DNA of 64,000 nt from Octopus bimaculoides (Eukaryota). Below, piece by piece: positions 13,057-25,343 of this stretch (position 1 is the first letter of the stretch; each line of letters starts with the position of its first letter). Position numbers and translations under genes: made by a program. The notes below the pieces were generated by a model. It saw only the letters and a list, made by a program, of their open reading frames with translations. It was not told the DNA's origin and did no database searches. The stretch covers positions 54,223,656 through 54,287,655 of the forward strand of contig NC_068985.1 in NCBI RefSeq assembly GCF_001194135.2, read 5' to 3'.

Positions 13057-13597
13057 CAAATAACCTAATAATATAATAGAAAATTGGTTTATAGAGTGCA
13101 GATAGTTTGAAATGTGCTTGATAGCCACTGTGTGGATGCGGTTCCTGTTGACTGAATTCTTTGTTGATAAAATTTTCTCTATTCCAAATAAATAAAACAT
13201 CCTACAGAGCTAATTAACCATCAGGCCAATCCATCTACAACTTGTTTTTGAAGCCCAGAGAATTTCTGTTGTACACTTAGGTATTTTCATCTTATCAAAT
13301 ACCCATCACTCTATAGCGATAAGGAAGTAAGTTTCCGTTAAAATGAACTCCTATCATTGGCATAGGGCCAATGATTTTGAGGAAGGAGTGTAGTCAATAA
13401 AACCTACTCAGTTCTTATATTATTCATGTCCAGAAGTTTGGTTCTTGCCTGAAATAGTAGTAAGTAACATATATTACTTCCACTCAGGCTTACCTAGTGT
13501 ACACACTCCTTTTCATCTCATCATAACTAAAACTTGCATTAAGTCCCAAGCATTACTTTCCAGAACTGGAGTTTTCTGAATTTTTTTTTTTTTTCAT

Positions 13598-13849
13598 GCA
13601 GGTGTAGCTTGGCTGGGTGGTAAGAAGCTTGCTTGCTAACCACATGATTCCAGGTTCAGTTCCACCGCCTGGCACTTTGGGCAAGTGCCTTCTGCTATAG
13701 CCTTGGACAGACCAAAGCCTTGTGAGAGGATTTGGTAAATGGAAACTGAAAGAAACCTGTTCCGTGTGTGTGTGTGTATCTTTGTCCTCCACCACCACTT
13801 GACAACCAGTGTTAGTATGTTTACGTCCCCGTGACTTACTGAAAGAGAC
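13598..13849 (+). mobile_element. SINE family A, 3' truncated
   Basis: TGGCTGGGTGG A-box, GGTTCAGTTCC B-box, family A body. Confidence 0.85.
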
Positions 13850-14399
13850 AAAAAATACCTACATTATTTTCCAACAGGAACCTGCCCAAGCTTTGTCCTT
13901 GGTTGGTTCATTCATACAAACTTTCTATTTCAAAGTGATCTAAATTAAAATTTTCCATCAAAGCTTCATGTTCCAAACTCCATTTAAGTTTCTATCTATC
14001 AAATTCACTTATGGTTTTGGTCAGTCTGGGGTTAAAGTAGAAGACATTTGATCAAGAGGTCATGCAGTGGGCTTGAACCAGAAACAAAACATGGTTGCAA
14101 ATCAAACTTAACTGCACAGCCATACCTATGCCTGATATCACCTAGATAACTAATACACAGTTATATAGGTGGTGCCAGCCCAAATCAACCAATTTATGTT
14201 TCAACATCCAATCAGTTCCTATAAGTCAGCCAGTACAACATGCTTGCAATCCAGCTAGTACAAATTTCAAAGAAACAATTTACTACTACTAAACTTTGGT
14301 GCTCCATCAAAACTCACTTTATGAACTGGGGTTTGTTTTATGAGGATAAATGGAGGGGGGAAAATACTTTAAATAGTAAAAGACATTTCCTTTCCAAGT

Positions 14400-14780
14400 G
14401 AAGAGGCAGAATTGTTAGAGAGTTAGTTAAAATCTATTTGTGCTAGTTCTTCATTCTGGGTCCAAATCCTGCTAGGGTTGACTTTGCCTTTCATCCCTCT
14501 AGGGTTGATAAAATAAAGTACCAGTCAAATCCTGGGGTCCATGTAACCAGTCCCTCCTCCCACTTCTGAAAATTGCTGGCTTTGTACCAAAATTTGGTAG
14601 AACCATTAACATGCTGGACAAAATTTTTAGCAGTATTTCGTCTGTCCTTATGTTTTGAGTTTAAATTCTGCCAAAGTTGACTTTGCCATTCATCATTTCA
14701 GGAATTGATGAAATAAGTACCAGGCATGCACTAGGGTTGATATAATCGATGACTCCTCTCTCCCAAAATTTCAGGCCTTG
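14400..14780 (+). mobile_element. Two tandem SINE family B copies
   Basis: GTTGACTTTGCC.TTCATC...GAT.AAATAA.GTACCAG core present twice. Confidence 0.75.
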
Positions 14781-15080
14781 TGAAAGCACCCACGCCGGTG
14801 CCATGTGAAAAGTACATGTGCTAGCACCAAGTAAAAAGCACCATGCTAGTGCTATGTACAAAGCACCCATGCTGGTACCACATAGAAGGCACATGTGTTG
14901 TTACATAAAAAGTACCCAGTACACTCTGTAAAGTGGTTTACATTAGGAAGGGCATCCAGTCATAGAAACTAAATCAAAACAGACCCGAACCTGGTGCAGC
15001 CCTCTGGTTTGCCAGCTCCTGTCAAACTGTCCTACCCATGTCAGCATGGGAAACAAACGTTAAATGATGATGATAATGAT
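14781..15080 (+). mobile_element. RTE 3' UTR with internal ~20-bp tandem units and (GAT)n tail
   Basis: Repeated GTGCCATGT.AAAAGCACC-like units, then TTAGGAAGGGCATCCAG...AACGTTAAATGATGATG. Confidence 0.75.
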
Positions 15081-16384
15081 CATCATCATCACTATTATTA
15101 TTGTTATTATTAATGATAATTGGCCAATGATTTATACTGTTAAAACGTGAGCAACTTATTTATCAGTGGTTTCTCCATAGAGAATCTTGGTTTCTTTTAA
15201 TTTTTTTTCTTTCACCAATAAATGAGGAGTGATATCAAAATTTCAACTGCAATACTTTAGAGAAATATTTGCCCATCCCAAGATCCAGAAACGTTTTTGC
15301 TCATATGGCAGTCTTAAAAAAGCATGTACAAACACTACTTCTCATATTACAATGCAATATATCTTCTTTGAGTAATTTTATAGTCAAGTCTCACCTGTAA
15401 GGCTTAACTGAAAATACACACAGCTAATTAATTTGTAAGATTTTATAGTTTCTTTCCCTTTTTTTTTTAATAAACAGTTAATTAATTTTTTAAAAAAATG
15501 CTTTTTTTAGGACAAGAAAACATGCAAAAATCTGCTGAGAAAATATATGTAGCTTGCACAGAAATTAAAAGTAATAATGATAACAATAAATATAACTTTA
15601 ACAAGAAAATTTGACTGTTAGAAGAGATGGTATCCATCACCCACCCACCCTCTCTCTCTCTCTCTACTTCACAACCAAGTTGACAGCAGCCAGCAGCCCT
15701 AAGTGAATCATACTTTCACAGCCAACAACAACAACATACTTGTATTTATTACAAGCAATAATAGATTTGCATAAATTCCTATGTAAGACTGTTTCTACCG
15801 TATCTATGAATTAGCATGAAGCCAAAATGCAGATACATAATAACCTTTTTTTAGCTTGAACGTCGACAGAGTTTCAAAACTTGTCAATTTAGAGAGTCAA
15901 GTCGAAGATTTGTTCATCGAGAATTGTAATCTTCCTCAAAAACTAAATTACTTTCTCTCTTTCATCATCATCATCATCAACACCAGCAACATCATTTTAT
16001 GTCTATCTTACATCATAGCATGAGCAGCAGCTTGACAAGCTCTAATGGGTCGAAAGACTACATTTAGCTCCAATGTCTGCTTTAGCATGCTTTCTACAGC
16101 AGGATGCCCTCATTATAATTTTACTTTTGCTTTATGTCATAGATATTTTAATATATACAAGGCAAGCCCTATAGATAACTAATTGTTAAAGACCCGGAAG
16201 GAGAAGCCCACAAATAATTATGGGTTCATGATACAGTTTCAGTTGGAATTATCACCAATTGCCATCTTCAAGTGGCCAGTTAAGATGCATTTCATAACCC
16301 TGTGTCCAAAATCTTTATCCTCCATTAGCTTTGGCAGATCTTCAATTTCATGTTGAGCGTCTCTGCCAAGAATATCAACATAAT

Positions 16385-16756
16385 CAAGAGTCCTATATCA
16401 GTGAACCTCAAAGGTGTGATGTTCCATCATGATAATGCATGACACAACATAACAAAGATCATGTTTGGAAGTATTGAAAACCTCAGCAGGGAAAAATTCC
16501 ATAGCTTCTTTATTCCCCATATCTTTCCCTATTTAAATGTCAACTATTCTATATTTTACAGAATCATTTCAATGACTAAGTTCTTACAACTAAACCAAAA
16601 GAATTGTACATAAATGATATCTAACCAGTTAATAAATTATTTTGAAGGTGGTCATTGACAACAATGGTATTTTTGTTAATGAATGGATTTTAACAGAATA
16701 TGAAATTTAGAGATCTTTGTACCCAATATGTGAACATTACTTATGGGATCACCTGA
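16385..16756 (+). mobile_element. Old mariner 3' remnant related to 11601-12608
   Basis: VNLKGVMFHHDNA pseudo-translation; right TIR ACTTATGGGATCACCTGA followed by TA. Confidence 0.65.
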
Positions 16757-17063
16757 TATTTGTTCTTACAGAATAGAGATTTTTAATATCACCTTGAGAA
16801 CCTTCAGTAGGGCCCACTCTGAGCATACATCTAAACCAGATCTTTACTGCAGCAATCACTGACTTGAGGTTTCTCTTCTAAACCCTTTCACAAACCAGTC
16901 TCCAGTGGAAAGGTCATGTACTTTTCTTACTCTGACTAAGCCATACATAAAAACACAACATAATATGCCCAATAGTAACTGAGATGTCAACAGATAGACA
17001 ATACCCAAATATTCTCATCAATTATTTGTGCAAAATCAATTGTTATACAACACATAGAGCAGA

Positions 17064-17094
<31 letters not shown>

Positions 17095-18735
17095 GTTTAA
17101 CGTCTGCTTTCCATGCTAGTATGGATTGGATGATTTGACTGAGGACTGGTGAACCAGATGGCTACACCAGGCTCCAATCTGATTTGGCAGAGTTTCTACA
17201 GCTGGATGCCCTTCCTAATGCCAACCACTCCGAGAGAGTAGTGGGTGCTTTTACGTGCCACCGGCACGAAGGCCAGTCAGGTGGTACTCGCAACAATCTC
17301 GCTCGAACGACTTTTCACGTGCCACCAGCACATGTGTCAAGAAGGCGACACTGGTAACGATCACACTCAAACGGTGCTCTTAGCGCTCCACTGGTACAGG
17401 TGCCATCATGATTTCGCTTTCGCTTGCCCCAACAGGTCTACCTTTTACTCTGAGAGAGAGACCCTTTGTCACCAGCAGAGGTAAGAGCTCTCTGAACTTT
17501 GCCCAGGCTATTCTTATTCTAGCAGCTACACTTTCAGCACACCCTCCCCTGTTACTAACTTGGTCACCTAGATAACTGAAGTAATCAACTATGTCTAGTT
17601 TTTCTCCCTGGAATGTGGCAGAACTTGTTTTCTGCACATCTTCAGTGTTTATTGCTCCTGAACATCTGCCACATACAAAAACTAACTTCCTAGTTAACCT
17701 TCCTTTGATATTGCTGCACCTCTTATGTGTCCATAGCTTGCACTAGGTACATCTTATAGAGTTTCTACCTACGCCTTTTCTACAGATTGAACAGGGCCAT
17801 CTACCTGAAGGGGTTTGTGTTTTTTCTACCTTCCTACTTATTAGGACTTTGGTTTTAGCTAGGTTGACTGTAAGGCCCTTCGATTCTGGTCCTTGCTTCC
17901 ACACTTGGAACTTCTCCTCTAGTTCTGATAGTGACTCAGCAATTAGTGCAAGGTCATCAGCATAGAGAAGCTCCCAGGGGCATTGTGTCTTGAATTCCAC
18001 TGTTATCGCCTGGAGGACTATGATAAATAGGAGGGGGCTGAGGACAGAACCTTGGTGGACCTCTACCTCTACCTGGAATTCTTCACTTTACTCATTTCTA
18101 ACCCTCACCTTACTGACAGTGTCTCTGTACATGGCTCGCGCAGCTCTCACTAACCATTCATCTATCCCTAGTTTCCTCATTAACCACTAGATAAGGGATT
18201 GGGGTACCTTGTCAAAGGCTTTCTCTATGTCAACAAAAAAAGCCAGGTACAGAGGTTTATTCTTGGCTAGGTATTTCTCCTGCAGCTGTCTTACCAGAAA
18301 TATAGCATCAGTGGTGCTTTTCCCTGGCACGAACCCAAACTGCATCTCATCTAAACTGACTCTCTCCCTAATTAGTTGGGCTTTGACCCTCTCTGTGACT
18401 TTCATTACCTGATCTAACAACTTGATACCTCTGTAATTATTTGTATCTAAAGCGTCACCTTTACCTTTGTAACAGTTGACTATGGTGCTGCTACACCAGT
18501 CATTGGGTGACTCCTTCGTGTATCACCTGGTTAACAATACGGGTGACTAGGCTAAAGCCAACACTGCCAGATATTCCTGATGGGCCGGGGGCTTTCCCTG
18601 TCTTCATACTCTTAATTGCTTTATCTACCATGGCGCTGTCAACTCGGATAGCTGGTCCCTCTGTTGGGTCGATATTCGGCAGACTCTCTTTCTCCCATTC
18701 ATTCTCTTTATTGAGCAATCTTTCATAGTGGCATC
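17064..18735 (-). mobile_element. 5'-truncated RTE-clade LINE (RT pseudogene plus 3' UTR)
   Basis: ORF-track segments KAPGPSG, QFGFVPGKSTTDAIF, VDIEKAFDKVP, LLYADDL (17953-17964), FSYLGDQ; C4-H-C3 insertion; 3' UTR and (GAT)n tail; frameshifts, stops and a C-terminal deletion near 17437. Confidence 0.95.
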
Positions 18736-19213
18736 ATAATTATAAAATGTCAGACCCCATAAAAACTATCCATTAAGTCTGAACTGTTTTCTTTTTTTTC
18801 CAACAAAGGGTCTAGTGACTAGACACTAGTCTGAATTATTTGTCTTTAAGTCAACTCACAGTGTAACATAAAGAAAGCCCTTCCGTCCAATTTCATTCTG
18901 GCTAACAGTTATCCAACCTTCTAAGACATATCAATGGAACAATTAATGAATCTATTTAGACAGAGAATTCAACAACATAAGGGTGTGTGTATGTGTGTGA
19001 AAATACATTTACACACACACATACATACATACCCTGCAAAATAACAATCATGATCAAAGCAATCTCTAAACTTCAACACCCAAATTCTGCCTAGACTAAC
19101 TTTGCCTTTCATCCATTGTGCCAAAATTTGAAACCAATATTTAGTTCTGTCTCCATTATGACCCTTTACATCTAGGTTAATTTGATTTGAGCTTGTAGCA
19201 ATTAAAGTATGAG

Positions 19214-19577
19214 CATGGTTCCGGGTTCATTCCCACTGCGTGGCACCTTGGGCAAGTGTCTTCTACTATAGCCTCGGGCCGACCAAAGCCTTGTGAGTGG
19301 ATTTGGTTGACAGAAACTGAAAGAAGCATGTCGTATATATGTATATATATGTATATATGTGTGTGTTTGTGTGTCTGAGTTTGTCCCCCCACCATCGCTT
19401 GACAACCGATGCTGGTGTGTTTACGTCCCCGTAACTTAGCGGTTCAGCAAAAGAGACCGATAGAATAAGTACTAGGCTTCCAAAGAATAAGTCCTGGGGT
19501 TGATTTGTTCAACTAAAGGTGGTGCTCCAGCATGGCCGCAGTCAAATGACTGAAACAAGTAAAAGAGTAAAAGAGTA
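19214..19577 (+). mobile_element. SINE family A, young copy (extreme 5' end missing)
   Basis: CpG-rich, close to 34828-35297, 47221-47616 and 58925-59352; ends AGTAAAAGAGTAAAAGAGTA. Confidence 0.95.
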
Positions 19578-20014
19578 ATTATTGATATAATCAAGTAAAA
19601 CCTTAGATGTTTGTAGTAGATTGACTGAAACTACTAAAACATAAAAACATAAAAATAAAACAAAAAGAGAGAAGTCACAAAAGCAGCCATGAGACCCGTG
19701 TCAGTCTCTCCAGCTTGACTTTTCCACTGTGAGCAACTTTGCTGATGAGTTGACACCTATCATAAGTCAATGTCTTATTGTATGATTCTACAAAGTACGA
19801 AACATCTCAGTGAAGAACTAAGAATGACAGGAACTGTAAGGAAAAAAAGAGAACACATTAGTCAAACAGATCTGAGCCATTAGTGGCATGGAGAAACACC
19901 TGCACATATTTATAAAAGACTGGACACTACCCATCAAAAATTGAATAACATAAAACTATGAAGAGTCAAAACATAAGATCAGACAGTAAAGATATATATA
20001 TATATATATCTGAT

Positions 20015-20368
20015 CTTTCACTTGTTTCAGCCATTAGATTAGTGAGGTTGAGTCAAATTATTTTTATTTTTTTAAAGCATCATACTTATTCTATCAGTCT
20101 CTTGAGCCCAACCACTAAGTTATGTGGGCATAAACATACCAATACTAGTTGCTAGGTGGTGGTTGGGGTGGGGGGAACAGACACAAAGACACACACACAC
20201 ATATATACATACAATAGCCTACCCTCAGTTTCTTTCTACCAAATCCACTTACAAGGCTTTGATCATCTTGATGCTATAATAGAAGACACTTGGCCAAGAT
20301 GTCACAGTGGGACCAAACCCAGAACCATGTGGTTGGAAAGCAAACTTCTTATCACACAGTCAAGCCTA
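20015..20368 (-). mobile_element. SINE family A (older copy)
   Basis: Family A tail, internal microsatellite and head in reverse orientation. Confidence 0.8.
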
Positions 20369-21885
20369 CACTTATAATATTAGATATATATATAGGTATG
20401 TACATATATGTATGGATATATGCATATATTTACATATTATTTATATTATATATACATATATATATATATGCATCCATAAATTACACACACACAAATGTGG
20501 GAGAACTGCAAAGATAGACAGAGAAAGAGGTACCTATTTGTGGGAATGCACAGGCATACACATGTACATAATAAAATAAACATATGTGTGTCAGGACTCT
20601 TAAACATCAACCATGATAACCAAAAACTATGAACTTAGAAAAACAGCATAAATGTTGCAGTTTACGAGGAATAAGATAGATCTAAACACTGGAAAACAAC
20701 AAAATCAATTTAAAGAGAATGTTTCACTAAAAATAACATTGCTGATCAAATGTAAACAGTTTTGTGTCAGAAATGCTAAAAACCATTTCAGACATTAGAT
20801 TTTTACACTGAACATGCTGACTTTCATAAATGAGAACAGAAATAATGAAAAAGGCTATTGTAGAAGTCAATAAAATATACGGGGTTTTAGTATTACAACA
20901 ATGCCAAAATACCATAAGAATATTCAGGGAACATATTTCTTCTTATAAATACTGAAATTATCCCCTCAGTAGTTTCAAACAGAATTGAAACATAAACGAT
21001 TTTGCTTTAATGCAGGATGACAGCATCATCACTGTCATTGTTTTTACACTTCTTCCTGACTTGGAAATGAGCCAGATATTTCATGGCCAGATGTTCTTCC
21101 TCTGACCAGCACTCTTATGTGTTTCTTTCTTCTCTTTTTTTTTTTCTTTTCAAGTAATGTATTTTTCATTCAACTGATTGTCACATGTCTGCTAAACTAT
21201 GGCATTAGTCCTTCAGACAAAGTAAACAATATCACTACCTTTCACTCTGACACTCCTAATGGCAAACACGTGACAAGCTTCCACACAGTTTCCATCAGCT
21301 ACTTTCACATACAAGACATTGGCTAACCTGATGCTACAGTAGAAGGCACCAGCCTATAAACACGGACCAAACTTGAAACAATGCAGTTGTGAAGCAAGCA
21401 TCATAACTACACAGCCATGCTAGTGTTTATTTCTTCATTTGGTTTTATGTCAGTTTTTCTGTGCAAGCATAGGTTAGATAAATATGTTACTGAGGTTCTC
21501 CTTTACAGCTGAATGCGCTTCCTGATGCCAGCTCTTACCTGTTTTTTTTAAGTAAAAGATCTCTTTTATTCCATACAATTTCAAAGGCACAAAGTGAGCA
21601 GATGATTTATAGACAGAAGTGCCAACAACGCTGCTCAAACATAAAAACTTTCGTATATGTAAGCAAAGATGTCAATAGACACAACACACTTTTACATACA
21701 TATATATATACAGACACTCACATGTTAGGTTTCTTTCCAGTTTACAAAATACTTCCAAGGGTTTGGTTGACCTAGGACCTGGGTAGAATACACTTAACCA
21801 AGGTGCTACACAATAGGACTGAACTGGAAACCAGATCGCTGGGAAGCAAACTTCCTAACACTGTCATTCCTACACTTTATATATG

Positions 21886-22044
21886 TATGGAACAAAACAG
21901 TTTGATTCAGACTCCTTGGTACTCTGAGTTTCAAGCATGATGCTAATCTTCAGCCACAGGATTCAAATTCCTATGCCCGAAGACTAGCATCATGTTTGAA
22001 ACTCAGAGTACCAAGGAGTTTGAATCAAACTGTTTTGATCCATA
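21886..22044. repeat. Foldback palindrome (~72-bp arms) carrying hammerhead-like motifs
   Basis: Left arm TATGGAACAAAACAGTTTGATTCAGACTCCTTGGTACTCTGAG... is the near-perfect reverse complement of the right arm. Confidence 0.9.
21914..21960 (-). ncRNA. Putative minimal type I hammerhead ribozyme motif
   Basis: Minus strand CCTGTGG-CTGAAGA-TT-AGCA-TCA-TGCT-T-GAAA-CTCAGAG-TA-CCAAGG: core CUGAAGA/GAAA, GUA triplet, stem I TGG/CCA plus CCT/AGG, stem II AGCA/TGCT; stem II closing pair is not the canonical G-C. Confidence 0.65.
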
Positions 22045-22143
22045 AATGTAACTCTCAATAAATGTGCTGAGTGCCCTTCTTTTGTTTGTCTACTCACTCA
22101 TATAATAAATATATGTATGTGTGTGTGTATGTATGTATATATA

Positions 22144-22174
<31 letters not shown>

Positions 22175-22286
22175 ATGTGTGTGTGTGTATGTATGTGTGT
22201 GTGTGTGTGTGTGTATACACACACATGTATATATATGTATGTGCGTGTGTGTATATACACAACACACACACACACGTATGTATATA

Positions 22287-23140
22287 TGCGGTCTGATCAA
22301 TAAGTATCCGGATTGTTACCATAGTAATGAAGCCGCTTGGCACAGACTGACCTTGAACTCTTCTGTGCATACGCACTCAGCTCACTTCTACTGTTTACAG
22401 TAGTGCTTCAAAGGAAGGTGTGTAGTGTGTGATCATTGCATTGACCATGACAGAGAAAGTTGTGACGGCAATACCAGCTCAGAAGCTTACGCAAAGTTGC
22501 AGAACGTGTATCGAGAGGAGTGCACGAGCCGCACACAACTGTACAAGTGGTTCAGACATTTCCAAGATGACCAAAAAACAAAAAATGTCGATATTGACGA
22601 ACATTCTGGGAGGCCAACAACTAGCAGAACTGAGAAAAACATCGCAGATGTGCATGCAGCTGTGAGGGTAAATCCTCAAATCACCATCCATGCGTTATCA
22701 GAGGATGTACAGATTAGTTACAGTTCAGTTCATTATCACTGAAGATTTGGGCATGGGATGCATATCAGCCAAGTTTGTGCCAAAACTGCTTTCAGCTGAC
22801 CAAAAAGACACTTGGGTTCCAGTTTCACAAGATTTCTTTGATTGTGTCGAAAACGATGAAAACTTTGTGTATGCCTTTGAGCAGGTATCACCAAGCTTTT
22901 GGCAAACTTTGATGCAAATTCTCTGCTCAACTTTCTCTGTCATGGTCAATGTGACGATCACATGCTACACACCTTCCTTCCAACAAGTATTGTTGTAAAC
23001 AGCCAACGTGAGTGAGAATGTTGAAACTTAGTGCACATGCACAGCAGAGATCGAGGTCAATCTGTGACAAGCAGCTTCACTCTGAGTGCTTTAGCTTCGT
23101 TACTATAGCAACAATCCGGATATTTATTCATCAGTCCACA
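22287..23140. mobile_element. Non-autonomous mariner derivative built from two inverted 5' ends
   Basis: Both ends carry the 5' TIR, 5' UTR and start MTEKV; left arm encodes YKWFRHFQ...SGRP...FVPKLL, right arm (minus) MTEKVEQRICIKVCQKLGDT; junction AACTTT at 22861-22866. Confidence 0.9.
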
Positions 23141-24134
23141 CACACACACACACATATATGTATAGTGCACTAGATACACACATGAAGATAACATCTTTGT
23201 ATTATTTAATATTTAAATAATTCTAATGTTCGCCATTACCATTTTAGCATCTTTGGTGAAGTTGATACTTTACAGATACAGTCATAATAAGACTAAAGTT
23301 TCGTTTCTACCTTACCATATTACTTATTTAAAATTTTCAATGCTCCTCCCACACACATACACTTCCTACATTAAGTTAGCTACTACATAGACTTTTTCTT
23401 CTTTCTTGCACTGAATCTAAAATTGACTGTAGTTATTGAAAATTCATGGAGATAAAAACAAACTTACATGATGAGCAAGAGAACTGTTAAAAAAATATAA
23501 TAATGAGATTAAAATACATGGCAAAACTGTTCAACCTTTTCTTATACTTGAATAGAATGTGAAATTCCTCAAAAATCCATTTGAGATTTATTCCTTATTT
23601 TCGAAATGCCTTTCAATTCTGTTTCACAGCAGATTCCAGGTTCCAATGAACCATAAACAAAGCAGCAAACAATAAAATACTTTAAATTAATGATTGATAA
23701 ACAAAGAAATGGTGAGAGAATAGACATAAAAATACAAAGAGAGAGAGAGATGAGGAAGAAGAACAAAAATCTCTCAACAGTGAATCAATAGTTACCAAAG
23801 TAGCCTACTTGAAGAATTAGAAGAGAAATTCTTTCATTGGTGAGAATATATCAGAACAATAGCTAGGATGAAATAAAAAAAAAGAATCTACTTTACATCA
23901 CCAATGCAATTACACTCTCTGGCTCTTCCATTCAGACTTCCAACAAACTTATACACCTGCTATTTCAGATTCATTTCTCAGAGGGGATCAGTTGTCCCTG
24001 TTTTTTTCTTTTTGCTTTTTCTCTCATTTAAAAAAAATACCTTTTATTTAAGAGAAAAGACAGTGTCCATGTCCCAATGAGAGGGCCTCTGAAACTGGAG
24101 GGTTGGGGGATGGTATCTGTAGACTGCTGCAACA

Positions 24135-24474
24135 GAGTAAAGACCCCTTTTGGTCATGAATGACCATGGGATTGCACCTAGAAAGTTCCCACTGTGACAC
24201 AAGTCCAAGCAAGGTTGTTTTACGGAAGACCAACAATCACCCATGCATACAAACCTCCCCCCTCCATGCCATTGATGTTATCCAAGGAAAAGGACAAAGG
24301 CTGAAACAGGTTGGCACCAGTAACACCGCAACTCATTTCCACAGCTGAGTGAACTGGAGCAATGTAAAATAAAGTGTCTTGCTCAAGAACACAACACCCA
24401 GCCCGGTCCAGGAATCGAACTCACTACCTCATTATTGTGAGCCTAACACTCTAATCACAGCCCTGCACCCTCAC
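24135..24474 (-). mobile_element. tRNA-derived SINE family C
   Basis: Minus head with GAGTTCGATTCC B-box, then GTTCTTGAGCAAGACACTT and GCTCCAGTTCACTCAGCTG body. Confidence 0.75.
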
Positions 24475-25343
24475 GGTGTCAAACCAAGTAGGCCTTGGTG
24501 GGATTTGAACTCAAAATATAAAGAGCCTCAACAAATATCATAAAGAGTCTGATGTTCCACCTTCCCCCAATCCCCTGATACCTGACCATGGACTTGTACT
24601 TTTTTATCAACCCTGAAAGGATGAAAGTCAAAGTTGACTACAGTAAGATTTGAATTTAGAATACAGAAAGTCACAACAAATACTGCAATACACTCTAATC
24701 TAATGACTTTGGCAAATTAATTATATTTATTTGATAATGGCTTATGAAAATAAACAGAATATTTTTAATGTAACCACTTCACAATAAGACTGTATAATGT
24801 CACCGAGTTGAAACTGACATAGTTTCTTAATAAAGACATACCACAATAAACATTTCACATGACCAAAGTATGAGGTCATACAAGGAACTGAATATAGATC
24901 AGAGCCCAAGCTTTCTAACTGTAACAAACTCTCTCTCTCTCTCTTTCTCTCTCTCTGATGAAATGACAGTGAAAACCTTGAATTCATTGATATGTGACTG
25001 CTGTACTATAATTATAACATCATAATCATTCTTATATTTATTTATTCTATGTTATCTTAGATTAGATGTGCTTGCTGCTTTTATCATCAATTAACAACAC
25101 TTCTTTGGTCGTTTATTTTTATAATTAATAAGTCACCTATGACCTTTAATCAATGTTCCCAGTGAGAATAATGTGATCAATGTTAATTTTCATTTTTGAA
25201 CTCTGGCAGAGTCAACAACTAGGTTAAGCTCTGGCCCAAGGAGCCTGTAGGCTCATGTCAGACCTAAGAAGATAAGAAGAGGGTCATCATCTGCAAGGAA
25301 AATGGGGTAGAGAGGTAGTCTGGAAAGGTTAGAGCTATGATGA

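Noticed and set aside
18860-18920. 61-nt candidate exon (GWITVSQNEIGRKGFLYVT) with a GTGAGT donor
   Set aside because: No recognisable homology, and it does not combine in frame with the other candidates; expected by chance.
19742-19810. CTGATGAG…GAAAC hammerhead candidate
   Set aside because: No stem III or NUH triplet after GAAAC and no stem I; likely chance.
22071-22403. ORFs rich in HT, CV, YI or RE dipeptides (also near 30.4, 42, 44.7, 46.8, 54.5 and 55 kb)
   Set aside because: They are translations of (CA)n, (TG)n, (TA)n and (GA)n microsatellites or N-gaps, not proteins.
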